Source of the DNA: an uncultured Actinomycetes bacterium
GTDB taxonomy: Bacteria > Actinomycetota > Acidimicrobiia > IMCC26256 > DASPTH01
NCBI GenBank assembly: GCA_963750045.1
Contig: CAVVPD010000002.1
Coordinates: forward strand, 199,736 to 263,735
Direction: 5' to 3'
Length of the DNA: 64,000 nt
The notes beneath the pieces are model-generated. The model worked only from the letters and a program-made list of their open reading frames with translations. It was not told where the DNA came from and did no database searches. Numbering within the stretch: the first letter of the stretch is position 1; the number at the start of each line of letters is the position of its first letter. This document shows positions 37,449 to 46,659 of the stretch, one piece after another. The position numbers and the translations under genes were made by a program.

Positions 37449-39628
37449 GCTGGATGGACGGCCGCCGGCGAAGTGATCGCGGTCGAGCGCGGAAGGCGTG
37501 CCTGCACACCCCAGCGCGTCACCAGTCCCAGAGCTTCGGCGACGATGCCGAACGACATCTTCGAGACGCCCGCTTCCCGATCCTTGAACACGATGGGCAC
37601 CTCGGCGATGTCTGCGCCCAACTCGTTCGCCCGGTGGGTCATCTCGATCTGGAAGCCGTAGCCATGAGCGTGGACCGAGTCCAGGTCGATCTTGCGGAGC
37701 AAGGACGCTCGGTAGGCGCGAAAGCCCGAGGTGACGTCGTGCACCGGAACCCGCAGCATTCGACGCGCGTAGCCACCGCCCAGACGCGAGAGGGCGCGCC
37801 TGCTGAACGACCAGTTCACGGTGCCGCCGCCGGGCACATACCGCGAACCCACCACGAGATCCGCTCCCTGCCTGATCGCTTCCAGCAGCGTCGGAACGAC
37901 CTTCGGGTCATGCGACAGATCGGCGTCCATCTCGACGAGGACTTCGTAGCCACCGTCGAGTCCCAGCGTGAAGCCCGCCCGGTAGGCGGAGCCGAGCCCC
38001 GCGGGACCGGCGCGGCGCAACACGCTGATGCCGCCCAGCTCGTTCGCCAGCGATTCGGCGAGATCAGCAGTGTTGTCCGGGCTGGCGTCGTCGACGACGA
38101 GCACGTCGGCCGCCGGAGCGGCCGCTCGCACCTGCCGGAGCAGGATCTCGATGTTCTCCCGCTCGTTGTAGGTCGGGACGACGATCAGCGTGGTGAACGG
38201 GGAGTGTTCGCGTGGTGCAGCCATGGGTTGTTCCCTTCTCGGATCGAGCACGACGTGGAGTGGAGGATGGGGAGGGCGGGCGCCACCCTTGGTGCGCACG
38301 AGGGCGACGAGCAGTCCCGCGAGCACGAGAGGTCCGCCGAGCAGCGCCACCGCCATCAGGGCATGACCGACGGGGCCGGCGAACGGGTGGCGGAAGATCT
38401 CGTACGCGGCCACCAGCACCACGGCCTGGGCGGCGACGATGCGCGACACCCGGCTCGTGTGGTCGAGTGCGGCCGTCGGGAGGGACCACGCCGCATAGCC
38501 CGGCAAGGTGTACGCGGCACCGACGGTGAGCGTCGTCATCGCGGCGGGAACGGTCGTCTCGGCGGGCTCGTGGCGGGTCCGGAACAGGACGACGAGCACC
38601 GCCAGGCCGGCGATCCCCAACGCGACGCGTGTCGGCGGTAGACCGAACCCCGTCGCGCCGAGCAATTTCCAGACCGAGCTGCGCGAGTACAGCGACCCGG
38701 CCGTGCCCATCGGGGTGAACAGGGCGGACGGGCCGGCCAGGAGGTATCCGAGCGCAACGACGCCGGCCGCACCCGCTCCGACGCGGGCGGCGGCCGCGCG
38801 CCCTCGCCGCATCCCGACCGAGACGAGCAACGCGACCACGCCGACCAAGCCGGTGAGCTTGACCAGAGCACCCAGGCCGCCGACCACGCCGGCGGACGAG
38901 TCGCGGCCCTCGGAAGCCAGCACGACGGCTCCCAACATTGCCAGCCCGACCAGGATGTCGTTGCGCCCGCCGTTGACCAGGTAGAGCGCGACCACCGGAT
39001 TCACCGCGAGAAACGCGACCGCGCCTGCCGAACGGGTACGCCGCCACACGACGCGGCACGCGATCACGACCGCGACCGCGGCCAGGCCCTGGTAGAAGAG
39101 TCGGGTCGGCAACTGCGCGGTGCCGAACACGGTCGAAGCCGCCGCCGAAACCGCCGTGAACGCAGGCCCGTAGACCGACGGGGTGTGCCGCCACGTGTGG
39201 CCGACGAGCTTGACCAGCGGGTCGTGCGGGAAGTCGGCGGCCACGTGGGTGTAGGGACTCGCGTGGTAGACGCCGAGGATCCGGCCATAGATCGCGTACC
39301 ACCAGAGGTCCTGGGTCGCCGTCGGGGGCACGAGCACTGCGACCGCGGTCTGCGCGGACACCGCGAGCGCGACGAGCTTGATCGTCAGCCCGGACCAGCG
39401 GGACTGCGCGGCCAGCATCGTCACATATGCGATGCAGGCCGTCAGCACCAGCGCGACGTGGATCTCGCTGGGAAGGACGCGCCGGGACGCAACGACGAGG
39501 ATCGTCGCGCCGGTCGCGACCACGAGCGCGGCCGGAGCAACGCGTCGAGCGCGCGGGCGGGCAAGAGTCGGGAGGACCCGCTCTGTCTCCGGGTTGTGAT
39601 GCTGGCGGCTCAACTGCGATCGGCGCAC
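37445..39628 (-). CDS. ppm1: Fusion of a polytopic GT-C/DUF2029-like membrane domain with polyprenol-phosphate mannose synthase (GT2, Ppm1-like)
   Basis: The C-terminal 259 aa read LIVVPTYNERENIEILL..VLVVDDASPDNT..EMDADLSHDP..GFRAYR (37445-38224). The same frame upstream is hydrophobic and membrane-like (QDLWWYAIYGRILGVYHASPYTHV...) with no stop in between. The start was set at GTG 39628, because earlier track codons overlap the kinase gene. Confidence 0.65.
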   Translation of the reverse strand: MRRSQLSRQHHNPETERVLPTLARPRARRVAPAALVVATGATILVVASRRVLPSEIHVALVLTACIAYVTMLAAQSRWSGLTIKLVALAVSAQTAVAVLVPPTATQDLWWYAIYGRILGVYHASPYTHVAADFPHDPLVKLVGHTWRHTPSVYGPAFTAVSAAASTVFGTAQLPTRLFYQGLAAVAVVIACRVVWRRTRSAGAVAFLAVNPVVALYLVNGGRNDILVGLAMLGAVVLASEGRDSSAGVVGGLGALVKLTGLVGVVALLVSVGMRRGRAAAARVGAGAAGVVALGYLLAGPSALFTPMGTAGSLYSRSSVWKLLGATGFGLPPTRVALGIAGLAVLVVLFRTRHEPAETTVPAAMTTLTVGAAYTLPGYAAWSLPTAALDHTSRVSRIVAAQAVVLVAAYEIFRHPFAGPVGHALMAVALLGGPLVLAGLLVALVRTKGGARPPHPPLHVVLDPRREQPMAAPREHSPFTTLIVVPTYNERENIEILLRQVRAAAPAADVLVVDDASPDNTADLAESLANELGGISVLRRAGPAGLGSAYRAGFTLGLDGGYEVLVEMDADLSHDPKVVPTLLEAIRQGADLVVGSRYVPGGGTVNWSFSRRALSRLGGGYARRMLRVPVHDVTSGFRAYRASLLRKIDLDSVHAHGYGFQIEMTHRANELGADIAEVPIVFKDREAGVSKMSFGIVAEALGLVTRWGVQARLPRSTAITSPAAVHPA

Positions 39629-39695
39629 GACCAGAGCGTCGTCCGCGTCCGCTGAACCGCCGCTGAATCCCCGAACGACCGGCGATCGCGCAGCG

Positions 39696-41045
39696 CTATG
39701 CCGCGAGCGGCAGGACGACCGTGAAGCACGCGCCGGGCGTGTTCGTGATCGAGATGGTGCCACCGTGCGCTTCCACCACCTCGCGGGTGATGGCGAGCCC
39801 CAGCCCGGTCCCGCCGCTGTCGCGGGTCCGGGCATCGTCGAGGCGCGTGAAGCGCTCGAAGATCTGATCCTGTTGCTCGACCGGGATGCCCGGGCCGTCG
39901 TCGGCCACGGTCAGGACGACCTCGGTGTTCGTCTCGCGCAACGTCACGCTGACGGTCGATTGCGCATGGCGGGCGGCGTTGTCGAGCAGGTTGCGCACGG
40001 CGCGGACGAGCTGATCCGCGTTGGCCTCGACCTGCGCGCCGGAGACCCCGGCGGTGTCGACCCGGTGGGTGGTGCGGCTGCGCAGCCGTCGCGCCTCGGT
40101 CAGGACGATCTCGTCGAGGTCGACGGCCTCGCGGTGCGACGCGTCGAAGGCGGACGCGTCCGCGGTCGCGAGCGTGAGCAGATCGGTGACCAGCCGTTGC
40201 AGGCGGATGGCATCGTCGAGGACGTCTCGCTCGGTGGTCTCCCAATCCGCGCGCTCGGGATGGGCGAGGTCGACCTCGAGTTGCGCCCGGATGCCGGTCA
40301 GCGGGCCTCGGAGCTCGTGGCTGGCGTCGGCGACGAAGCGATGCTGGCGATTGGTCGAATCCTCCAGCCGGCCCAGCATTGCGTTCATCGTGCGGGCCAG
40401 CCGCCCGATCTCGTCGACCGTCTTCGGCTCGGGCACCCGGCGGTGGAGGTCCTCGGCCCCGATCGCCTCCACCTCCCGGCGAATCGACTCGACGGGTCGG
40501 AGCGCGCGCCCGGTGACGACCCAGGTCGTGATCCCCACCAACCCGAGGAACAACGGGAGCCCGGTCGCGAGGAGGCGCACGAGGCTGCTCACGCTCTTGT
40601 GGACCGCTTCGAGGCTTCCGGCGACGTAGACGATGAAGTCACCGGATTGTGTGCTGACGCGCCGCGCTACGACACGGAACGAACCCTCGCCGGCCGCGAG
40701 CTGCGACACGCTGTGCGCGGCGTAGCCGTCTTCGTGGGGCTGCAAATGGCTGAACCGTGGCTCGCCCTCGATGTTCGCGGATTCCGCGACCACGTCGCCG
40801 TTCCCGTCGACGACCTGCACGAGGTTCTCGTCGCCCCGGGGCACGGCGAGTACCGAGGGGAAGTTTCCATCGGCGATCGTCGTCGCGATGTCGCGCGAAC
40901 GCAGGCGCGCCGCGGTTTCCACGTTGTCGGTGAGGGCATCACGCTGCGCATTCACGAGCCACACCGCGCCGGCCGCGAGGGCGAGGCCGACCACGACCAC
41001 CGCCGCCAGCGTGATCCGCACGCGCACGGTTGCGAGTCGGCGCAC
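39696..41045 (-). CDS. Sensor histidine kinase (two TM segments, HAMP, HisKA, HATPase)
   Basis: Start trimmed to GTG 41045, just after the regulator stop. FVADASHELRGPLT, NLLDNAARHA, DDGPGI, GGTGLGLAI. Confidence 0.85.
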   Translation of the reverse strand: MRRLATVRVRITLAAVVVVGLALAAGAVWLVNAQRDALTDNVETAARLRSRDIATTIADGNFPSVLAVPRGDENLVQVVDGNGDVVAESANIEGEPRFSHLQPHEDGYAAHSVSQLAAGEGSFRVVARRVSTQSGDFIVYVAGSLEAVHKSVSSLVRLLATGLPLFLGLVGITTWVVTGRALRPVESIRREVEAIGAEDLHRRVPEPKTVDEIGRLARTMNAMLGRLEDSTNRQHRFVADASHELRGPLTGIRAQLEVDLAHPERADWETTERDVLDDAIRLQRLVTDLLTLATADASAFDASHREAVDLDEIVLTEARRLRSRTTHRVDTAGVSGAQVEANADQLVRAVRNLLDNAARHAQSTVSVTLRETNTEVVLTVADDGPGIPVEQQDQIFERFTRLDDARTRDSGGTGLGLAITREVVEAHGGTISITNTPGACFTVVLPLAA

Positions 41046-41050
41046 GATGG

Positions 41051-41728
41051 TCAGCCGCCCCCGGGGTCGAGCCGGTAGCCCGCGCCGCGGATCGTCTCGA
41101 TCAGCTGGCGGCCGAAGGGGTCGTCGAGCTTCTTGCGCAGGTGGCGGATGTAGACCTCGACGATGTTCGGGTCTCCCTCGAAGGCGAAGTCCCACACGTT
41201 GTCGAGGATCTCGGATTTCGAGACGACTTCGCCGGCACGCCGCATCAGGAATTCGAGGACGGCGAACTCCCGGGCGGTAAGCGTGACGTCGACGTCTCCG
41301 CGCGTGCACCGGTGCGTCACCGGATCGACGGTCAGGTCGCCCGCCGCGTACGCGACGGGCTGTGACCGCCCGCTGCGTCGGAGCAGCGCCCGAACCCGGG
41401 CCAGCAGCACCACGAACGAGAACGGCTTGGTGAGGAAGTCGTCAGCCCCGGTGTCGAGGGCCTCGGCGTGGTCGTACTCGCCGTCCTTGGCGGTGAGCAT
41501 GAGGATGGGCGTCCAGTTGCCCGCCTCGCGGAGGTGCTCGCAGACCTTGTAGCCGTTCATTCCCGGCAACATGATGTCGAGCACGATGATGTCGTAGGCG
41601 TTCTCGGTGGCCATCCACAGCCCGTCGGTGCCGGAGAGGGCCACGTCGACCGCGAATCCCTCGGCCTCCAGCCCGCGGCGAACGGCCGCGGCGACCTTCT
41701 TCTCGTCTTCGACGATGAGCACTCGCAC
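41051..41728 (-). CDS. OmpR/PhoB-family response regulator
   Basis: Start trimmed to GTG 41728 (VRVLIVEDE). Phospho-acceptor region IVLDIMLPGMNG. Winged-helix C-terminus ETIRGAGYRL. Confidence 0.85.
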   Translation of the reverse strand: MRVLIVEDEKKVAAAVRRGLEAEGFAVDVALSGTDGLWMATENAYDIIVLDIMLPGMNGYKVCEHLREAGNWTPILMLTAKDGEYDHAEALDTGADDFLTKPFSFVVLLARVRALLRRSGRSQPVAYAAGDLTVDPVTHRCTRGDVDVTLTAREFAVLEFLMRRAGEVVSKSEILDNVWDFAFEGDPNIVEVYIRHLRKKLDDPFGRQLIETIRGAGYRLDPGGG

Positions 41729-41804
41729 CAGCGTGGTGATCCTTCCCGGGCGTACCAGGATCGCACGCCTCACCTGAACCGTGGTTGAACTCGGGCTGAC
41801 CGGC

Positions 41805-41836
41805 GAATCTCGCTGAACCCAGGTTCAGCGAGATTC
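41805..41836. promoter_or_regulatory. 32-bp palindrome GAATCTCGCTGAACC-CA-GGTTCAGCGAGATTC in a divergent promoter region
   Basis: Read directly. Perfect 15-bp arms. CTGAAC/TTGAAC hexamers also occur at about 41773 and 41785. Confidence 0.45.
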
Positions 41837-41922
41837 AGCCTGAGGTCAGCGGACGAACCGCATCCTCACCCCTGTCGGCTGATCGTCCGATCGGCCGCGG
41901 ACCCGACCCAAGGAGACTGTCC

Positions 41923-42213
41923 ATGCCACTCACGTCCGCCAAGAAGGTGGCCGCCACCGGGGCCATCGCCGTCGGCGTGGTGCTCGGCGCAGCCGGGATC
42001 ACCGCGGCCGCGACCGCCCCGGGCGCCGACCCGACCCCGGGGCCGGTGGCCACGTCACTGCAGCACGCCGACAACAACAACGACAACGTCGACTTCACCC
42101 CGGCGAGCGAACAGGGCAAGGCCGAGGTCGCCGACACCGGCGAGGCCGCGGACACTCCCGAGGCGGGCGAGACCCCCGACGTGACGACGACGTCACCCAC
42201 GACCCAGGGCTGA
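41923..42213 (+). CDS. Small secreted or membrane-anchored acidic Thr/Pro-rich protein, unknown function
   Basis: RBS AAGGAGA. Third-position GC is very high. N-terminus MPLTSAKKVAATGAIAVGVVLGAAGITAAATAPG is signal-like. Confidence 0.6.
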   Translation: MPLTSAKKVAATGAIAVGVVLGAAGITAAATAPGADPTPGPVATSLQHADNNNDNVDFTPASEQGKAEVADTGEAADTPEAGETPDVTTTSPTTQG

Positions 42214-42408
42214 CCGGGTCGTGGGGCTGCGGCCGGTACCGGGACGCGCCCCGCGGCCGTTCAGCGGGCGTTCAGGCCGGTTCCGTAGCGTGGCCTGCGG
42301 TGTCGCGGCTCGCGTCCAAGTACGCTGCTCGGCGCCGCAACCATCGGGTCGGCACGCCGCTCCCCACCGAGACGCTCTGGAGCAACGAGGACACATGAAC
42401 GTGGGTAG

Positions 42409-43336
42409 GTGGCGACGTTGATGCTGGCGGCCTCGACGTTGTCGTATCTCCAGGCGATCGTCATCGGGATCCTCCAGGGGATCACGGAGCTGTTCCCCAT
42501 CTCCAGCCTCGGGCACTCGGTGCTCGTGCCCGAGCTGCTCGGGTGGCACTCCCTCGTGGCCGGGCAGTCGGCCGACGAGTCGTTCTACCTGGCCTTCCTC
42601 GTCGGCCTCCACGTGGCGACCGCGATCGCCCTCCTCGTGTTCTTCTGGCACGACTGGGTCGCGGTGATCCGGGGCTTCTTCTCCTCGATCCGGAAGCGCC
42701 GCATCGACACGCCGCCCGAACGCATGGCGTGGCTGCTCGTGATCGGCACCATCCCCGTGGGCATCGTCGGTCTCGTCTTCGAGCACCGGCTGCGCACGAT
42801 CTTCGCCAAGCCGGTCGCGGCGGCGATCTTCCTCACCGTCAACGGCCTGATCCTGCTCGCCGGCGAACAGCTGCGGCGCCGCTCCGAGACCCGCAAGCTG
42901 GTCCAGGAGCACGCGCACCACACCGACCCCGGTCACGATGTCGGGCGCGACGTCGACACCCTCGAGCTGCGCGAAGGGCTGTTCGTGGGGAGCGCCCAGA
43001 TCCTGGCCCTCTTCGCCGGGATCAGCCGCTCGGGTGTCACGATGGTCGCCGGGCTCCTCGCGCGGCCTCGACCACGAGGACGCGGCGCGACTGTCGTTCA
43101 TGCTGGCGACGCCGATCATCTTCGCGGCCGGCTTCTACAAGCTGCCCGATCTCCTCGGGCACAACGGTGATCAGATCCGGGGGCAGGTCCTGGTCGGGAG
43201 CCTCGCCGCCGGCATCGCCGCCTACTTCTCGGTCCGCTTCCTCACCAAGTACTTCGAGACCCGGACCCTCACGCCGTTCGCGATCTACAGCCTGGTGTTC
43301 GGCATCGCCATGATCTTCTACACGACCCTGAGCTAG
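42409..43336 (+). pseudogene. uppP: Undecaprenyl-diphosphate phosphatase (UppP/BacA), frameshifted as sequenced
   Basis: ILQGITELFPISSLGHSVL...FAGISRSGVTMVAGLLAR is followed in a second frame (ORF 42938-43336) by GLDHEDAARLSFMLATPIIFAAGFYKL. The join is at 43058-43067 in a GC repeat. Confidence 0.8.
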
Positions 43337-43396
43337 GCCCCGGCCACCGACTTGACGTTCCTGATAAGGTAAGGCTCACCGGTAACAGGGGGCTCG

Positions 43397-44233
43397 GTGT
43401 CGGACGGTCAGATCCTTGCGCTGGGGGCCATCGCCGGTCTCACCATCTTCCTCGGTCTCCCCATCGGCCGGGTGCGCGATCCGTCCATGCCGATGCGGGC
43501 GTTCCTCAACGCGGCCGCCATCGGGATCCTGCTGTTCCTGTTCTGGGACGTGCTCTCGGGCGCGTTCGAGCCGGTGGAAGCGGCGCTGGTCAAGGCGAAC
43601 GACCACGGAGGTTCGTGGCTGCGGTTCCTCGGTCTCGGGTCGGTGTTCGTGGGCGCGTTCACCGTCGGGCTCGTGTCGCTGGTCCACTACGACGCGTGGT
43701 TGAAGCGGCGCGTGCAGCCGGGACCGGGCGCGGCGTCGACGCGCGAGATGACGGCCGGACCGGTGGCGCGCTTGTCGGCCGCGCAGCGGTTGGCGTTCTT
43801 CATCGCGCTCGGCATCGGGTTGCACAACTTCTCCGAAGGACTCGCCATCGGTCAATCGGCCGCACGCGGCGATGTCAGCCTCGCGCTGCTCCTGATCATC
43901 GGGTTCGGGCTCCACAACGCGACGGAGGGCTTCGGGATCGTCGCGCCGATGGCCGCCGAAGGGGAGATGCCGTCGTGGGGGTTCCTCGGCGTGCTCGGCC
44001 TCATCGGCGGCGGCCCGACCTTCGTCGGCACGCTGATCGGCCAGTCGTTCGTGAACGACACGCTCTACCTGGGTTTCCTCGCGCTCGCAGCCGGGTCGAT
44101 CCTCTACGTGGTGATCGAATTGCTCGGCGTGGCGCGCAAGCTGGGCCACAAGGAGCTGATGACGTGGGGCATCATCCTCGGGCTCGTCGCCGGGTTCACC
44201 ACCGATCTCGTCCTGGTCGCCGCGGGTGCCTGA
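43397..44233 (+). CDS. ZIP family metal cation transporter
   Basis: 278 aa. LGIGLHNFSEGLAIG and GFGLHNATEGFGI. Confidence 0.8.
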   Translation: MSDGQILALGAIAGLTIFLGLPIGRVRDPSMPMRAFLNAAAIGILLFLFWDVLSGAFEPVEAALVKANDHGGSWLRFLGLGSVFVGAFTVGLVSLVHYDAWLKRRVQPGPGAASTREMTAGPVARLSAAQRLAFFIALGIGLHNFSEGLAIGQSAARGDVSLALLLIIGFGLHNATEGFGIVAPMAAEGEMPSWGFLGVLGLIGGGPTFVGTLIGQSFVNDTLYLGFLALAAGSILYVVIELLGVARKLGHKELMTWGIILGLVAGFTTDLVLVAAGA

Positions 44234-44257
44234 CCACCCGGCCCGGACGCGGGAGGG

Positions 44258-45328
44258 TCAGAGGTGCCAGATCCGCGCCGCGTTGTGCTCGACCATGAGG
44301 TCGCGCTCGTCGTCGGGCACTCCTTCGAACAGCTCCTCGATCACGCTGAGCGACTTGGGCCACGTCGACACCGGGTGCGGATAGTCGCTCGACCACATGA
44401 GGTTCTGCGCGCCCAACACGTGACGGAGGTGGCGCACCGGATCGGGTTCGTCGATGAACGTCATCGCCATGTTGCGGTGGTAGTAGAAGCTCGGGAGCTC
44501 CTCACCCAGCACGGGAAATTCGTAACCCTGGCGCAGCACCATGTCGTCGAGGAACGACAGGTAGCCGGCGACCCACCCGAGCCCGGGCTCGACGAAGACG
44601 ACCTTGAGGTCGGGGAACCGGGTGAAGATCCCGGTGAGCAGCCACATGCCGAGCGCTTCACACGCCGACGGCGGCATACACGACAGCGTCCACGCGAGAC
44701 GGGGAGTGGGATCACGGTCGGCAAGGTTGTTGAGCGCGGTGTTCAGCCCGATGTGGCAGCAGACCGGGAGCCCGCTCGCGGAGATGGCCGCCCACATGGG
44801 GTCGTAACGATCGTCGAAGTAGTCCGGTTGGTCGAGCTCGGCGGGGAACACGGGGAGCTGCAACGACTTCCCGCCCATCGACGCGATGCGCTCGATCTCG
44901 GCGACGGCCAGGTCCATGTCGTGGATCGGCACCTGATAGGTGACGACGAGGCGGCGGGGATCGGCGGACGCGAAGTCGTGCAGCGTGTCGTTGAACGCGC
45001 GCGTCGCGTCGGCCGCGCCCGTCTCGAGCAGGTAGAGGTAGCGATAGGCGCTCACCTCGCAGTAGAGAACCTCGATGTCGACACCATCGGTGTCCATGTC
45101 CCGCAGCCGCTCGTGCGGGTCGGCGTATCCCGGTCGCCCCCAGGATGCATGCTTGATCTCGGCGCCCGCCGCGTTGGCCTTCGCCGCGTTGCCCCCCAAC
45201 ATCTCGCGGAACGCCTGCACGAGGGCGGCGTCGTATTCGTCGTGGTACTTCGACGCCAGGTGTGCCTTCACGTCGTCGTGCTGCACGCTCACGTGCGAGT
45301 CGGACGAGATCACCCGTCGGAACGCCAT
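44258..45328 (-). CDS. Amidohydrolase_2 family protein
   Basis: MAFRRVISSDSHVSV... and WSSDYPHPVSTWP. Confidence 0.85.
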   Translation of the reverse strand: MAFRRVISSDSHVSVQHDDVKAHLASKYHDEYDAALVQAFREMLGGNAAKANAAGAEIKHASWGRPGYADPHERLRDMDTDGVDIEVLYCEVSAYRYLYLLETGAADATRAFNDTLHDFASADPRRLVVTYQVPIHDMDLAVAEIERIASMGGKSLQLPVFPAELDQPDYFDDRYDPMWAAISASGLPVCCHIGLNTALNNLADRDPTPRLAWTLSCMPPSACEALGMWLLTGIFTRFPDLKVVFVEPGLGWVAGYLSFLDDMVLRQGYEFPVLGEELPSFYYHRNMAMTFIDEPDPVRHLRHVLGAQNLMWSSDYPHPVSTWPKSLSVIEELFEGVPDDERDLMVEHNAARIWHL

Positions 45329-45406
45329 GGACGACTCTCCTCTCCGAACCGACCTGATCGGCGCGGGCCCGAACCGCGTGCCCGTGCGGTTCGACTGACC
45401 GGAGGG

Positions 45407-46609
45407 TCAGGCGGCCTTCTCGAGGATGTGTACGCCGCAGGCCGATCCGAGGCCGATGACGTGCGCGAGTCCGACCTTGGCCCCCTCGATCTGGCGGTCG
45501 CCCGCCTCGCCGCGGAGGTGGTGGCAGACCTCCCACACGTTGGCGATGCCGGTGGCTGCGATGGGGTGGCCCTTCGACTCGAGACCGCCCGAGACGTTGA
45601 CCGGCGTCGTGCCGTCGCGCCACGTGGCACCCGATTCGAAGAACGACACCGCCTCGCCCGGTGCGCAGAGGCCCAGGTTGTCGTAGTGCACGAGCTCTGC
45701 GGTGGCGAAGCAGTCGTGCAGCTCGACGAGGTCGAGGTCTTCCGGGCCGACGCCGGCGGACTCGTAGGCCTGCTTCGCAGCGTTACGCGTGAGCGTGTTG
45801 ACGTTGGGCAGGATCTGGCAGGCCTCTTCCCACGGGTCGGTCGTGAGCACGGAGGCCGCGACCTTGACCGCGCGGCGACGCTGGTCGGGGTCGAGGGTTG
45901 CGAGCTTCGCGCCCGACACCAAGACCGCGGCGGCGGCGCCGTCGCAGTTCGCGGAGCACATGGGCCGCGTGTTCGGGTACGCGATCATCACGTCACCCAT
46001 GATCTGCTCGAGCGACATGCGCTTGGTGTACGCCGCGAGTGGGTTGAGCGTGGAGTGCGCGTGGTTCTTCTCGCTGATGCGCGCGAAGAGCTCGAACTGG
46101 GCGCCCTCGTAGGGGTGCTCGCTCAGGTACTCCATGCCGATCTGCGCGAACACGCCGGGCATCGTCTCGGTGCCGACCCGTCCGTCGATCGGGGCGACCG
46201 CGCCGTAGCGGCCCTTCGGCGAGTAGGTGGCGTCGTCACCCGCGCGGCTCCCGCCCGCGAGCAGGCCCGCACCGGCGAGCTTCTCCACGCCGACCGCGAG
46301 GCCCATGTCGCACTCGCCAGCCTTGATCGCCATGACGACGGTCCGGAGTGCGGTGGCGCCGGTCGCGCACGCGTTGGACACGTTGTACACGGGGATGCCC
46401 GTCTGGCCGATCTGCTTCTGGAGCGACTGGCCGACGCCGCCACCCATGAGGTTGCCGGCGGCCATGATGCCCATGTCCTTCATCGAGACGCCCGCGTCCT
46501 TGAGCGCCGCGAGCGAAGCCTGGGATGCCAGGTCGACCGTGTCTTCGTCCGGGTGCTTCCCGAACTTGGTCATGTTGATCCCGAGGATCCAAACGTCGTC
46601 TGTAGCCAT
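45407..46609 (-). CDS. SCP-x-type thiolase with conserved nucleophilic Cys
   Basis: VYNVSNACATGATALR, NVSGGLESKGHPIAATG, HHLRGEAGDRQ. Confidence 0.85.
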   Translation of the reverse strand: MATDDVWILGINMTKFGKHPDEDTVDLASQASLAALKDAGVSMKDMGIMAAGNLMGGGVGQSLQKQIGQTGIPVYNVSNACATGATALRTVVMAIKAGECDMGLAVGVEKLAGAGLLAGGSRAGDDATYSPKGRYGAVAPIDGRVGTETMPGVFAQIGMEYLSEHPYEGAQFELFARISEKNHAHSTLNPLAAYTKRMSLEQIMGDVMIAYPNTRPMCSANCDGAAAAVLVSGAKLATLDPDQRRRAVKVAASVLTTDPWEEACQILPNVNTLTRNAAKQAYESAGVGPEDLDLVELHDCFATAELVHYDNLGLCAPGEAVSFFESGATWRDGTTPVNVSGGLESKGHPIAATGIANVWEVCHHLRGEAGDRQIEGAKVGLAHVIGLGSACGVHILEKAA

Positions 46610-46659
46610 GACTCGCTCCTGTCAGCCGAGGGCGCGCCGGACGCGCCGCGAACGTGAGA

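Noticed and set aside
37445-39835. First about 70 codons of the 796-aa track ORF
   Set aside because: They overlap the 3' end of the histidine kinase gene and are Arg/Ser/Pro-rich. The start was moved to GTG 39628.
41805-41836. The 15-bp-stem palindrome as a rho-independent terminator
   Set aside because: It lies between divergently transcribed starts and has no following T-tract.
43337-43396. A Zur/metal-regulator box upstream of the ZIP transporter
   Set aside because: Only a TTGACG hexamer and a GGTAA direct repeat are present. There is no palindrome resembling known actinobacterial Zur boxes.
44264-46657. 797-aa plus-strand ORF
   Set aside because: It is antisense to the amidohydrolase and thiolase genes, and shows the same shadow-ORF composition.
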